A DNA stretch of 63,647 bases, the filler included, from Craspedostauros australis (Eukaryota): assembly GCA_030167865.1 (NCBI GenBank). It is 7 parts of 7 records of this genome, joined end to end, with 100 filler letters (N's around TTAATTAATTAA, not from the genome) between each part and the next. Parts side by side here need not be neighbours in the genome. Positions count along the whole stretch, not along the records: positions 1 to 29,645 come from JALAGF010006583.1; 6 more parts are not named here. The stretch is one strand, 5' to 3'. Below are positions 12,492 to 24,350 of the stretch, in pieces (position 1 is the stretch's first letter; each line of letters opens with the position of its first letter). Made by a program: the position numbers and the translations under genes. The notes under the pieces were generated by a model. That model searched no databases. It worked only from the letters and a program-made list of their open reading frames with translations, and was not told the DNA's origin.

Positions 12492-13889
12492 ATGACCACG
12501 CCAGATGCCGTCGTGTCGACGACGCCGCTTGAGGACGAGCCCATGTTGGATGTCCAGGACGGCGGCAACAGCAGCAATGGCAGCGGCGTCAATGGCACCG
12601 CAGACGGCGAGGATCGGGTGGTGCGCGAGATCGATGTGTACCTCTCCCCGCAACTCGGCTCTCAGATTCACTTGATCCAATTCCCATTGCAGCAGACGGA
12701 ACGGGCCTTGCCCATCGCAGCACGGATAAAGCCGCGACACCACATGATGGAGCTTGATTTTGAAGTCGGAACGGATTCGAGTGCCGGTGGCAGCGGTGCA
12801 TTCCACATGAACACGAGAACCTTCCACAGCCACACGATCCCCGTTTCCACGCACATGGTGCTGGGGAAGCTGGTGCCGGAAACAGCCACAGCATCGTCGT
12901 CGTCCTCGCTGTCGGGACCGGCTGGGCTCCATCTCGTCCCGTTGTCCAATATTTCACAGATGAAACCGAGCTTTGCGCACGTGGACGAAGCCTCGAGCAA
13001 TGCGGGTGCCACCACGGAGGCCGAGCTCAAGAAGAGCCAACAGGCTGCCGCCGCCGCAGCCAACATGGAACGCAAACCGCTGGCGTTCACGAGGAAGGAG
13101 AGCGAACGAGCGGCGCTCGCAAGGAAATCCAGCTACGCCTACAAGAAGGCCAGCGAAGAGGAAGAGTTGTGGCAATCTCTGGAGGTGTATGTCGATCATA
13201 CCGCTGTCAATCAGGTTGTCTGCCGGCGACCGAACGCGGCATTGCCGACCAAGGGAGTCAAGAACAAGCAAGTCGGCGAAAACGCAGATGAAACTCCATC
13301 GAATCATGGTTATGTGCGCAGCTTGAATTACCTGCCGCAGCAGGGCATCATCGGCGATGGCGCCGATGGCAACAGCGTCTTCGATGCCGCGGACGGTGCC
13401 AACAATATGGAACACATCTGCGCAAAGCTTGTCCGACTGATGAAGAGGGGGTACCCGATCCCATTCACATTACTGCGCAACCAATTCCAACCCGAAGTCT
13501 CTGATGACATCCTCCTCACGGCGTTGGAAAACTGTGCCTTCTTTGTGCGCGGCAATTTCATCCTGCAATCTCGGCTGTTGCCAATGCCGGCGCCGCTGGT
13601 GCGTGCCCGGACCTTCATCTTGCTCGTCCTCCAAACGATCGGCGTGCTGCACCGACCGCGCCTTGCCAAGGCCATGGCGGATATCGCGCAGGATCTGAAT
13701 GATGAAGCCACCGCCATGTTGCTGCTGCAAGTGGCCAAGAAAACCAAGAAGAATGGATGGGCGTTGAAGGTCGAAGATGACATACCGTTCGCGACGCAGA
13801 ACATCACAAAGCTGGGAAAGCACATTCAATTTTGGCGACGCCAGGAAAAGCGGTTCGCAGAAGAGCTGCGGCGGTACAAAGAAGACTAA
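12492..13889 (+). CDS. RPC5: RNA polymerase III subunit RPC5 (C37 / Sin-like), 465 aa
   Basis: Sin_N signature DRVVREIDVYLS..LIQFP..ARIKP..MELD, LHLVPLSNISQMKPSFAHVD, EEELW, and a downstream VRGNFI segment. Confidence 0.85.
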   Translation: MTTPDAVVSTTPLEDEPMLDVQDGGNSSNGSGVNGTADGEDRVVREIDVYLSPQLGSQIHLIQFPLQQTERALPIAARIKPRHHMMELDFEVGTDSSAGGSGAFHMNTRTFHSHTIPVSTHMVLGKLVPETATASSSSSLSGPAGLHLVPLSNISQMKPSFAHVDEASSNAGATTEAELKKSQQAAAAAANMERKPLAFTRKESERAALARKSSYAYKKASEEEELWQSLEVYVDHTAVNQVVCRRPNAALPTKGVKNKQVGENADETPSNHGYVRSLNYLPQQGIIGDGADGNSVFDAADGANNMEHICAKLVRLMKRGYPIPFTLLRNQFQPEVSDDILLTALENCAFFVRGNFILQSRLLPMPAPLVRARTFILLVLQTIGVLHRPRLAKAMADIAQDLNDEATAMLLLQVAKKTKKNGWALKVEDDIPFATQNITKLGKHIQFWRRQEKRFAEELRRYKED

Positions 13890-14279
13890 ACAGAACAGGG
13901 TGGATGGTTGGCTAGTTTCATTGGATACCCGCGATGTTGATGATGATGTTGTTGATGATGATGATCGTTGAAACTGGTGGAGCGGTCGAACATTCGGCAG
14001 GTTGCATTTACTTGCAGCATGGTGCGATACGTGTAGAGGAGTACGCTATATAAAATACAGAAAAGTACGACAATATCATTCACCGCAACTGCACCTTCTT
14101 CTACTCTACTATTACAGGTTTGGTCTCACACTTCGTCTCCCCTTCCTCTTTCGATGTAGGAGTACGCATGTAATGGCAGGGCAGGATGTACATACTCCCG
14201 TCGAAACTCCCCCATGTCCAATTAGCATTCGAAGATGACTCAATCCACTCATACGAAGAGGGTGCCTTCTCGCTCCACT

Positions 14280-15643
14280 CTATCCATTTCCCTCGACCTT
14301 CTGAAGAAACGATTCGATCAGATCACCGTATGCATCCTTGCGCTCATAAAATGGATAGTGAGAGGTATCTTCCAACACCTCGTACGTGGCAAACGGCAAC
14401 ACCTCCTTCCACCCTTCCGTGCTTGGAAGCGCAAAGTCATGCGCGCCACCGACCACCAACGTTGGAGGAAAGTTCTCGTCCTTGGGAGGTTGGGGTACAT
14501 ACTGCAACACGACATCCATTCCTGACCAAACCTTCCCCGCGGATTGAAATGCTGATTGCAACTCCGGCGGCGCATCGACCTGGCATACGTATTTTTGAAC
14601 GAAAGTCATCGGATTTTTGCGTTCGAGATCCTCGTAAGCATCGTTGGCCACTTTCATGGATGTGGGTGCGTTGGAAAGGATCAGCGATCGAATGCGAGAT
14701 GGTTCGTCCGTCTGAGAAGAGCCCTGTTGGAATTCGTAGGCTAAGACGCCACCAAAGGAATGCCCCAGAACATGAATCGACGAGTAGTTGAGGAATACGG
14801 AAGAAAGCACTGTCTTTATATCTTCGACGGACTGATCAATGGAGTAGCTGATGGTTGTGACGGAAGAGGAGGAGAAGGGTGAGGAAGACAAGAGGAGAAG
14901 ATGGGTTGGGTTGAATTGAATTGAGCGACAGAGAACAAGCAGGACAGTACCGGCAGTCGGGATCAGGAACAGGCACTCACAACTTAGTATTGCGCGGCTG
15001 GTCGCTCTTCCCGCAGCCCAGCTGGTCAAAGAAAAGCAGAGGTCGCTTTGATTGGAGCAAGGGTATGATGGGGTACAGATACTGTGAAGGAAGGGAGCTG
15101 CGATGCAACGTGTGAGCGTGTGAACGTGCGAGTGACGAAAAGACATCATGGACGGAAGCAACAGATAGGAGTTTGTGTGAGGCTTTGGGTGAGACTTGGG
15201 GGATCGATTAGCTTTCGCATCCGCGTCCTATGCTCCATGATATAGTTGTTGACTGATGTAATACTCCTCACAATACCCGCTGCCATGCTATCCAGAATGA
15301 CTCGATCCAACCGACATCACAGACGCAACCTCTCGCGCACTCACGGTCCACCGTGCAGCAACACCATCGGATCCAATGGGGAGTCTGAATTGTACAGCCG
15401 ATAGTAGAGCTTGAATTGCTGATCGCCTCGATCAACTGTAACGAAGCCTTCTGTGCATGGATTGTCGTCGTTGCATCCTTTGAGGACTGAACTGCTCCGG
15501 GAGTTGCCACTGAATGGAAGGCCGAAGCGATTGAAGAACAGTGAGGGTGCAAGGAGAACGACATCTCTGCGATCGACCGCGGGCATCGAGAAGGCCATGG
15601 ACTGACAAATGATAACCATCAATGGGAGCGCCTTGGAGATCAT
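14280..15643 (-). CDS. Proline iminopeptidase-like alpha/beta hydrolase (S33) with a targeting presequence; exons 15643-15345, 15097-14981, 14847-14280, 327 aa
   Basis: Spliced product has LLHGGPSLP, FFDQLGCGKSD, the nucleophile GHSFGG, Asp in GAHDF and His in TSHYPF. N-terminus SMA|F. Confidence 0.87.
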
Positions 15644-16268
15644 GACGGTGATGTGCTTTCAGCACCGGTATATGGTACAAATACGAGTACGGTAGCTGTT
15701 GTGATGTTGACGTGAACACAATCATGCATGGAGTAGTAAGTTGATATGGATGTGAGTGTACTGTCATATTATAGAATACTAGTCGTACGTAACACATACA
15801 AACAGGATGATGGGCAGATGCGGTCTCATGACGACGAGAGATCTCCACACCCTTGTTGTTGTCGTGATGGCTGGAGGAGAATGGTTGGATGAAGTGGATA
15901 CTGAAACGTGGATAGTGAAAAGATGCGGTAAATGAATATTATCGTATATATATTCTTTCAAGAAGAGCACTGAGTCCAATGAATCGTCTCCAACCATTTC
16001 GCGTTTCTGTTTTTCCCGCCACAAAAGGCCAAACACGATGACCATCCATCTCTGTCGTGGAAGAGACGAACGAATGGCGAGAACGACGACAGTGGAGAGC
16101 GGGGACACGGGTGAGAACGTGCGCGTCCGCACAGAGAGGCTACGCAGCGGGCACAGACTTGACGCGCACGATTTCCAAAGGCACACACAAACTTGTGCAT
16201 ATAGTACATACGCGTACCTACTCGTAATCCACCCCAAGTATTCTAGAATATTATACAAGTCAATCAAC

Positions 16269-17012
16269 ATGTCTTATCTGTTGCCACATCTGAACAGCGG
16301 CTGGGAAGTCGATCAGGCCATTGTGAATGAGGAGGATCGGGTGATCGTGATCCGATTTGGTCGCGATCAAAACCAAACCTGTATGGTGCAAGATGAAGTG
16401 CTCATGAGCATCGCCGAAAAGGTCAAGAACTTTGCTGTCATCTACCTCGTGGATATCGATGAGGTTCCAGGTGAGTTGCGACATGTGGCATGGAGGTTGT
16501 GATTGTTGTTGTCCTGCTGCAGATGCAGATAATGCAGCTTCTGCCGTGGTTCATGCGGATGTGAATGTGCATGGAACGGTTGATGGGTGCTGACTGTGCA
16601 ACAGAAGAACGAACAGATGCACATAGTGCATGCATGCACGCTTATGACGACCACTCTTCTCACATGATGCACCATTCCGCTTCCTTTCTGCTTCAATTTC
16701 AACCAATTCCACATTGCTCAACACGCAACACGCAACACTCGACCTTTGGTTGCACATCTTTCGACTGGGTCTTTCGCTTCACCAGACTTCAACGAAATGT
16801 ACGAACTGTACGATGAATGCACGACCATGTTCTTCTTCCGGAACAAGCACATTATGGTGGATCTGGGAACAGGAAACAACAACAAGATCAATTGGGCGCT
16901 CGCGGAAAAGCAGGAATTCATCGATATCATTGAGATGGTGTATCGCGGCGCACGCAAAGGACGGGGTTTGGTGGTTTCGCCGAAGGACTACTCGACCAAA
17001 TACCGGTACTAG
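16269..17012 (+). CDS. DIM1: U5 snRNP protein Dim1 (TXNL4A/Dib1); exons 16269-16470 and 16786-17012, 142 aa
   Basis: Near-invariant sequence MSYLLPHL..VDQAI..EEDRV..RFG..VPDFNEMYELYD..MFFFRNKHIMVDLGTGNNNKINW..GLVVSPKDYSTKYRY. Confidence 0.97.
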
Positions 17013-17867
17013 AGAGAAAAAAGATCACCCCGATACAATGACACTACATGTGATGTGCAAGTGAAGAGAAAGGTGGACAAAAATCAGGATGCGTGCCTAC
17101 GAATACTTCATGGGATGGAGACGGACACGACAGATGCAGTCATGCTGCGTTCCTCGCATCAATGTACGAGTACGGATGTTGAGCGGTATTGATGCTGTCG
17201 GCATGTTTGACATCCTGGGCAGGATGAAATACAACACACACGGATCACAGGCTGGGCAGGTCGCGCAAGGACGACAGAACGCATTGGTGGCAAACATCTC
17301 GCGAAGAGGACAGGCTGCCGATCCCCTGAACGATGGACTCGATGAGCGCGAAGAGGAGAGACAAGGGGTCAATTGTCAATTGAATGGTCTCTATTCATGA
17401 TCATGAAGCAGACCAGACAGCAATGCTGCGTTGTGGTCTTCCATGCACCTGTACCAGAACAGTTGTCCTGCCGAGACAAGTGTGAGTACGCCGACGAAGA
17501 TGCATACCATACTAGTCCTAAGACCCTCATTTCACACCAGAGAGTGACGGCACTCAACCATTCGTACTCGTAGATCACTAGCTCATGACTTCGGCAACGG
17601 CGAAAGCTGTGGTGCTGCCATATGATAATCATACAACAGTCAGAACCACGCCAAGCTTCTCAGACTTGATGCTCCTACAGTGATTCTGTTATGGAATGGT
17701 AGATTGCCTTTGTTCGAAGACAGCGCGTATGGTACTCTGTAAAATTTCTCGCATAGGTAGATAGAGCATTGGAGTCTTCCATGGTCTCCACCCCAAGAAT
17801 ATTCACCAGGAAGAACAAGAAGCCCGCAAAGCATGCGCCTCAAGTTATCACGCCAAATCGATGCGCT

Positions 17868-20626
17868 CTACAGGATATATCGCGACACGTCCGCCTTCAT
17901 CGTCACATCCTTCAAACGCTCCGCCACCAACTCCTTGGTGACAGTCATAACCTGCTCGAGCAGCAAACCAAGACGAAGATAAAACAACCGAGGAATACAT
18001 CGTGACGTGTGAGGAATACGAGTACGGAGTGAGAAAGACTGCGCACGCCAAAATCTTGCAATGCCTCAAATGAGTTGGAAAGAAACAAACATTGAAAACC
18101 CGCCCTTGTTCATGTGTCCAACGCCATCGTGTTCTCGTGATGCTGCACCAATGCATGCACACACACGCACAATCGTGACTTACCACATCTTCCTCCATTT
18201 CTGCCGCTTCGAAGCTAATGTTCTCCATGATACGTTCCATGACGGTGTGCAACCGGCGTGCTCCAATGTTCTCGACTGTTTTGTTGAGCTGCGCGGCCAT
18301 GCGCGCGATCTCACGGACGGCATCATCTTCGAACTCGAGCTTCACGCCTTCTGCGCCAATCAGTTCAACTTGCTGATGAACAAGCTGCAGAGCCAATGAT
18401 AATAATGATGGAGTAAATCAGAGGGTAGAACAATTGATGCGCCGGTTTCGGATCGCAGCCCCGCGAGGATAGGTGGCAATCCAAAAATAATGTTTGAGAG
18501 ATTGTGGAGTAGAGGAGGCAATAGTCACAGTTGACGGTTGGGTAAGAAGAGATATGCGATTAGCACAGATGAACGTCAAGAGAGGCAAGTACATCACGAG
18601 GCGACAACATGAACAATCCATCCATCCATCCAGCTATCAATCATTCAATCATACGTCAGTCTGTCGCATGTCGCTGGGCTCTGCTTACATTGGCCACAGG
18701 CTCTGTCAAGATCCTGTATAGGTCATCCTCTGTGAGTCCAGCAAGCTCCACACGAATGGGGAGACGACCCTGAAGCTCTGGCAGCATATCGCTGACCTTG
18801 ACGGAGTGGAAGGAACCGCTGGCGATGAAGAGGATGTAGTCAGTGTTGATGTTGCCGTGCTTTGTGTTGATCGTGGTGCCTTCCACGAGCGGCAACAAGT
18901 CCCGTTGTACACCCTCGGCGCTGGCATCGGCTGATCTGGAAGAGAATCCCTCCCGCGATGAGCAGATCTTGTCAATTTCATCGATGAAGACAATCCCCGT
19001 TTGTTCGACTGCTGTGACTGCGCTCTTTCGTAGGTCCACATTTTCGACGAGACGTTCCAACTCCATCTCCATGATGATCTCCCTTGCCTCGGATATCGGG
19101 AGCTTTTTGCGTTCGGAGCTTTGCTTCTTCCCGCCACTGGTGAGCTTCTGCATGATGTCGGCCATCATCGCGGCCTGCGGGTTGTTGCCAGCATCGTACT
19201 CGTTTGGGTTCTTTTCTCTGTTGGGAACATCGATTTCGATTTCCTGATCATCCAGAAGGCCCTGCTGCAGCATGTCACGGAATGATTCGCGGCCGCGAGC
19301 GGCGCTGCCAGATGATGGGCCAGAGAGGATGTCGAGTATGCGTTCCTCAACTAGCTTTTTTGCCTGCTCCCGATTCTCTTTGTTGTGACGCTCCTTGACG
19401 AGTTTCATTGCAGAGTCCATGAGATCGCGAATGATCGAGTCAACATCTGTGCACAGGTGTGTGTCATGTATTGTGTCATGTATAAAGTCATGCAAGATGA
19501 AGTAGAGTAGAGGAACAAGCGTGTCAGTAGGTGCCTTTGGATGGGCGAGATGAAAGAATGTATGCAAAGAAGAGCACGAAACACGAGACTCTCGGGGAGG
19601 AATGGAAGAGATCCGTAGATTGAAAGTGAGCCGGGCATGGTGGGATCCTCCAGTTTCCGCGGTTGTTTCCGCTGATGCTGGCGCAACCGCAATTGCAAAT
19701 GGCGATGGCACACGAGATGTGGGCTTACCTCTTCCATGGTATCCAACCTCTGTGAACTTGGTTGCCTCCACCTTGATGAAGGGCGCATCATTCATCATGG
19801 CCATTCGCCTTGCAACTTCCGTTTTACCTGTGGGTAAAGTAGGTTGGTTGGTTGGTGTGTCAACCAAGGATGATGTCGAAGCAATACGTGGAAGCATACA
19901 TGAGGAATGCCAGGGTGAGATTTGAATGCGGATCCGATGGTACTCGTAACAATCCAGCCACGAAGCGTGAAACGCCCGCACTGTGGCTCCAGCCATTGAT
20001 TGATGCGCCGTGCATGTCCAACCAGCCGTTCCTCGTGCTAAGTTGCGCAACCATCAAATCAGTTGACATCCGCATGAAAAGAAAGGCATGGTATGATATT
20101 GGATGATGGGGGAGAAGGTAACCAAAGCAAAAACACAAGCAAAGCGCAGAGAGCACAGAGAATGAAATGACGACAACGTACCACAACCAGTGGGTCCCAC
20201 GAGAAGGACGTTGCGAGGCGTGACCTCCTTGCGCAGATACTGCGGAAGCTGACGGCGGCGCCAACGATTGCGCATGGCGATGGCAACAGCGCGCTTGGCA
20301 TCGTTCTGTCCGACGATGTGACGGTTCAGTTCCGTCACTACCTCGGATGGACGCAGATCGGAGGAGATCTTGTCGATGGATTCTTTCGAGGGAGGAGCAG
20401 CAGTGGTGGTGGTATCTTCTGCTGTCGTGATTTCCGGGGTCGCCTTGTCGCCATCCCCGCTGCCTTCATCCGTGGTGTCCGTGACGGATGACATCCAGCG
20501 ACCGATGGATGGCGTTGCACCAGCACCCAGCTGGCTCCCTCCTGCCGCAAAAAAGCGATGCCGAAATCCTGTGCTGGCTGAGACATTGCACGAGCTTCGC
20601 GCGACGAACGTTCTTGCGAGCATCAT
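17868..20626 (-). CDS. hslU: Mitochondrial HslU (ClpY) ATPase of the HslUV protease; exons 20626-20182, 19827-19729, 19446-18689, 18384-18184, 17951-17868, 528 aa
   Basis: [83 protein letters not shown]-terminal SRYIL; Arg/Ser-rich presequence. Confidence 0.95.
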
Positions 20627-21584
20627 GCTGGAATACTGGATGTTGGTTACAGAATACTGTGGAATAAAGTAGAGCAGGATTGTTGATTCTGTTGGTACTG
20701 GTATGCCGATGTCGGATGTTATTGATGTTGCGGTCGCGGCTGATGGTGTTGATGCTGTTCTGTCTTGGGCTGTTCCGTCTTGCTGCGTCCTGTGCCTTAT
20801 GTCCAAGGGCTCGACAACGATCTTTTCTGCGTGATTTGTCGCCGTCGAGTGAGTGATGGCACAGCGCCAAAATGGTTGATGGTTGCGCTGACGGTGGTGA
20901 AACCAAAAGAATGTCCTCGAAATCGTGATGGCCATTCCGCGTGTGTCACCAAGCTAAAACATCAACCACAAAGTTCTGTTGATTGACCACTTCGATTCAA
21001 GAGTTTTCCAGAATGGTTCGTCTTGCTTGTTGCTGGATTCGATGTGATCACCACCACCCTTCCAACCATGAACAGGAATGGATCGAAGATCGCACATTGC
21101 CGTTTCTCGCATCCTTCGCGTTGCTAGGCATGGGCAACCTCACCAAACGCGCCACAGAGCGATATGGTCCTATCATAGAATAGTAAAATATTAGACTCCG
21201 TGTTGGAATGGAGTTCCATAGCGTCTGGTATCTAATGGCATAGGGGGAGCGTAGAAGTGCCTGGCGTGGCCTGCTTCATGTCCGTCGTGTCTGGAGCAAG
21301 ATTCATTGCACAGTACAATTGCTGCAATGGAATGCAAACTCCAGCAACGACATCACCAGCGACCAACAGGCAACGACCACGCTGGAATACAATCGTGCGG
21401 GCGTCCTCCTGCTCTCGAATGCTTGCATGCTCACTCAAGTTTGACTCTCTCTGCCTGTGTCTCTTCCTTTCTCGCTCCTCCTTCATTTCTATTCATTTGC
21501 TTTCGTCGCAACTGATGTTGTTCGCAAGCGTATCTGTAGTTGTAGAAGACTCCACACGCACGCACATGCGCGCGCACACCCTCT

Positions 21585-22803
21585 CTAGACCTTTCTAGCC
21601 TTGTCAATTTGTGCCAGCACCGCATTCTTGCTCACCTGGTTCTCATGGCGGATGTGGTGCTTCAGCAAGTCACGCAGCACACGGTGGGAGACCTGCTCCT
21701 CGGTGAATTTGACAGTGGTACCAGGCTCGTTGACGAAGACCTGCTTTTGGGATGCGCGAACGCAGCTGTCGACCTTTTTTCGGTACGCCTCGGGATTTTT
21801 CATTGCCAATTCCCGTGCCTCTGGCTATTTTCATTTTGGTTCACAATTGGGTATAATGGAGTAGAGTAGAGTGACGGTTCGTGAGATGGTGAAGAGAAGG
21901 AGAATGGTAAGCAACATGAGCGGATGAAAGGAATGAGGTTGCCTGGAAACTTTGACTCCAACCAACGGTTACAGAAAGATATGGGAGATTTTCATGCCAA
22001 CACCAGGGGGAGAAAGCACGAATGACTGCATCGTCTAGCGAGGAGGTACATGCAATGTTGATGTGAACACACACCCGCAGGCGCATTCCATACTCCACCA
22101 CAGGTCCTGCACTTACGTTGGCTTTGGCATCTGTAAAGTTCTTGGAGTAGAAGATCTTCTTGAGGTAGGTCAGGACGGTCACGAGGTAGTGACGGGATGG
22201 ATCCCAGCTTGGGTAGGCGGAGCGGATGTCTAATATGCCCGTGCCAGCGTCGACGTATGGGTTGTATACCTTGCTGGAGAAGGTGATCTGTGGCCACATA
22301 TTGATATCGTTGTATCGTTGCGGCAAACGCAGCTGGAACTTGAAGATGCCGTTGGTGTACGGGCCTCGTCGCACGAAGATGATGCCGTAAAATTGTCGCA
22401 GATCTGTCATGGATGGGATCAGGTACACTCCGCCGGGTGCGTGGGATTTGAGGTGCTTGTATTCGATCGTGACCTTGTAATCGCGGAGGGCTTGCTCTCG
22501 CTCCTCCTGCCGAATTCATTCAAGGTCGAGGTCAAGGTCAAGGTCAGAGTCAAGGTCAGAGTCAAGGCCATTGCAATGTAGCAGAGGAGCGAGATGGGAT
22601 TTTGTGCATGTGAGATGCATTTGTCGTGTAGCAGCTGGTGCCACTTTGGTACACTCATGCGATGACGCAAGTTCCTGGAAATCCGGACCATTCATCGCAT
22701 CCAAACACAGCTCCGTGCCCCGCATCCTTGAACGACCTACCTCCGAGGCCACAGGCGAAATCGGGATTCTGGACGGCGTCTTTGCTGGGCTGCGGGAGCT
22801 CAT
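21585..22803 (-). CDS. AKTIP/FTS/Crossbronx-like inactive E2 (UEV); exons 22803-22741, 22506-22117, 21824-21585, 230 aa
   Basis: DYKVTIEYKHL..PGGVYLIPS..FYGIIFVRRGPYTNGIFKF..VYNPYVD..GILDI (Asp in place of the catalytic Cys)..W..YLKKIF. Confidence 0.85.
22520..22567. repeat. (CAAGGT)n-type hexamer microsatellite in UEV intron 1
   Basis: caaggtcgaggtcaaggtcaaggtcagagtcaaggtcagagtcaagg. Confidence 0.85.
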
Positions 22804-24204
22804 GTTGGTTTGCTTGTTTGCTTGTTGCTTCTTCCCCATTTGTTTGATGAGACGGCTGAGTTCGGACTGTTGATACTCTGCGAGTGCAAGCAGATGGTGC
22901 TGCGAGTGTGTCTGATACAGGCGATGGTGAGGGACGAAGAGTCGGGTTGCGATAGCTCGGACTTCCAGTGCCGACCGCGATGTTCACGGCGATGTTTCGC
23001 CATCTCCATTGTCGGCACACGAGCATCGCGTTTCGCGTGACAAACACGCCAGCCATCGCCATCATTTTCTTGGCTTGGATTTCTCCCACCAAAGACATTC
23101 CAAGACTCACGAGCTCCATAACGAGGTCTATCGCTGGTCTTCGCAAGAGTTTAAAACTGGTTGACTCACTGGACTGAATCACCGAATCAGAAGGAATACA
23201 ACCGTTCCCGCGTGTGTTTGCTTGTGGGCGGAATGCGGCATGCTTGCGGCTCTGCCTTTTTTGGTTCGGATCTGCGGTTCGCGTGGAGCAGTCTGTCGTG
23301 TGACACATCACGCCCCAAACAGCCTCGTCGTGGTCGTGGCTGTGGTGGACGCGGTAGCGAAAAACAAAGAGAGAGGACACAGAGAGAGGAAACAAAGACT
23401 TCTTGCTGTGTGTCGCGTGGCATCAGAGTCCTCTGCACCGTTTCTCACCACGAACAGTGGAAGCCACAGCAATACACCACCGCAACAGCCATCATCATCA
23501 TCATCATCATCATCATCGTCGCCGTCGTTGCTAACAAGCTCTCAACCCTGTGCTGAAGAATCGCAACAACTCACATTGTGGAGTCCTGCACGAAGTCAGA
23601 TTCAGTTGCTGGATTGTGTAAGTGCATCAATTGGGAGGCACAATGCCTGCGGATGAGTTGGGAAGCTACCGCAGCAAACGGAGGCAGAGGCGGGACTTGC
23701 GGCCATGCCAGCAGGATGCCAGGCTGTGCCTGGAAATTGAACCGATTGAATTCTGCTTCCGGCTGAGTCAATGACCATGATGGGCCACATGCGCCGTCGA
23801 GACAGAACGCACTGAGCGCTGGACCATGACGAGATGCGAGACGACTTGCCTCAATGTCGCGGCGTGCGCAACTGGACCAGAGTATTGCGGCTGCCACCAC
23901 CGCGGTCACCGCAACTCTGCAGGATCTTCCTGCGTGAAAAGCGCCTGTTGAGTAATTCTTGTCCTTTGCATCAATGACTCATGCAAATGCATGGAAGTTG
24001 AAAATCGCCATCTCTCCTCGCACTCATCATCTCGTTCCTTCGTACGACTACTCTCCTCGACTCTCCTCGACTCCACTCCACTCTCGTCTGAATGCTACCC
24101 ACGCTTGCAACTGTGTCTCACACTACGGATACCAATACTCCGCTTCCATCCTTCGTGGGTATGCAACCTCACCGTCGATGACACTATTGGTACCAACGCT
24201 CTGA

Positions 24205-24278
24205 CAACAATCACTGCCATCACTACCATCACTACCATCACTACCATCACTACCACTACCACTACCACTACCACTACC
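24205..24278. repeat. (ACTACC/ACCATC)n microsatellite, probably in a 5' UTR
   Basis: Run of actaccatc/actacc units that gives the poly-Thr stretch in the ORF track. Confidence 0.85.
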
Positions 24279-24350
24279 GTTTCCACAATGCAATCATTAC
24301 GGCAAACGACAATGACACCAATGGTCACAACAGCAAAACAGACCACGAGG

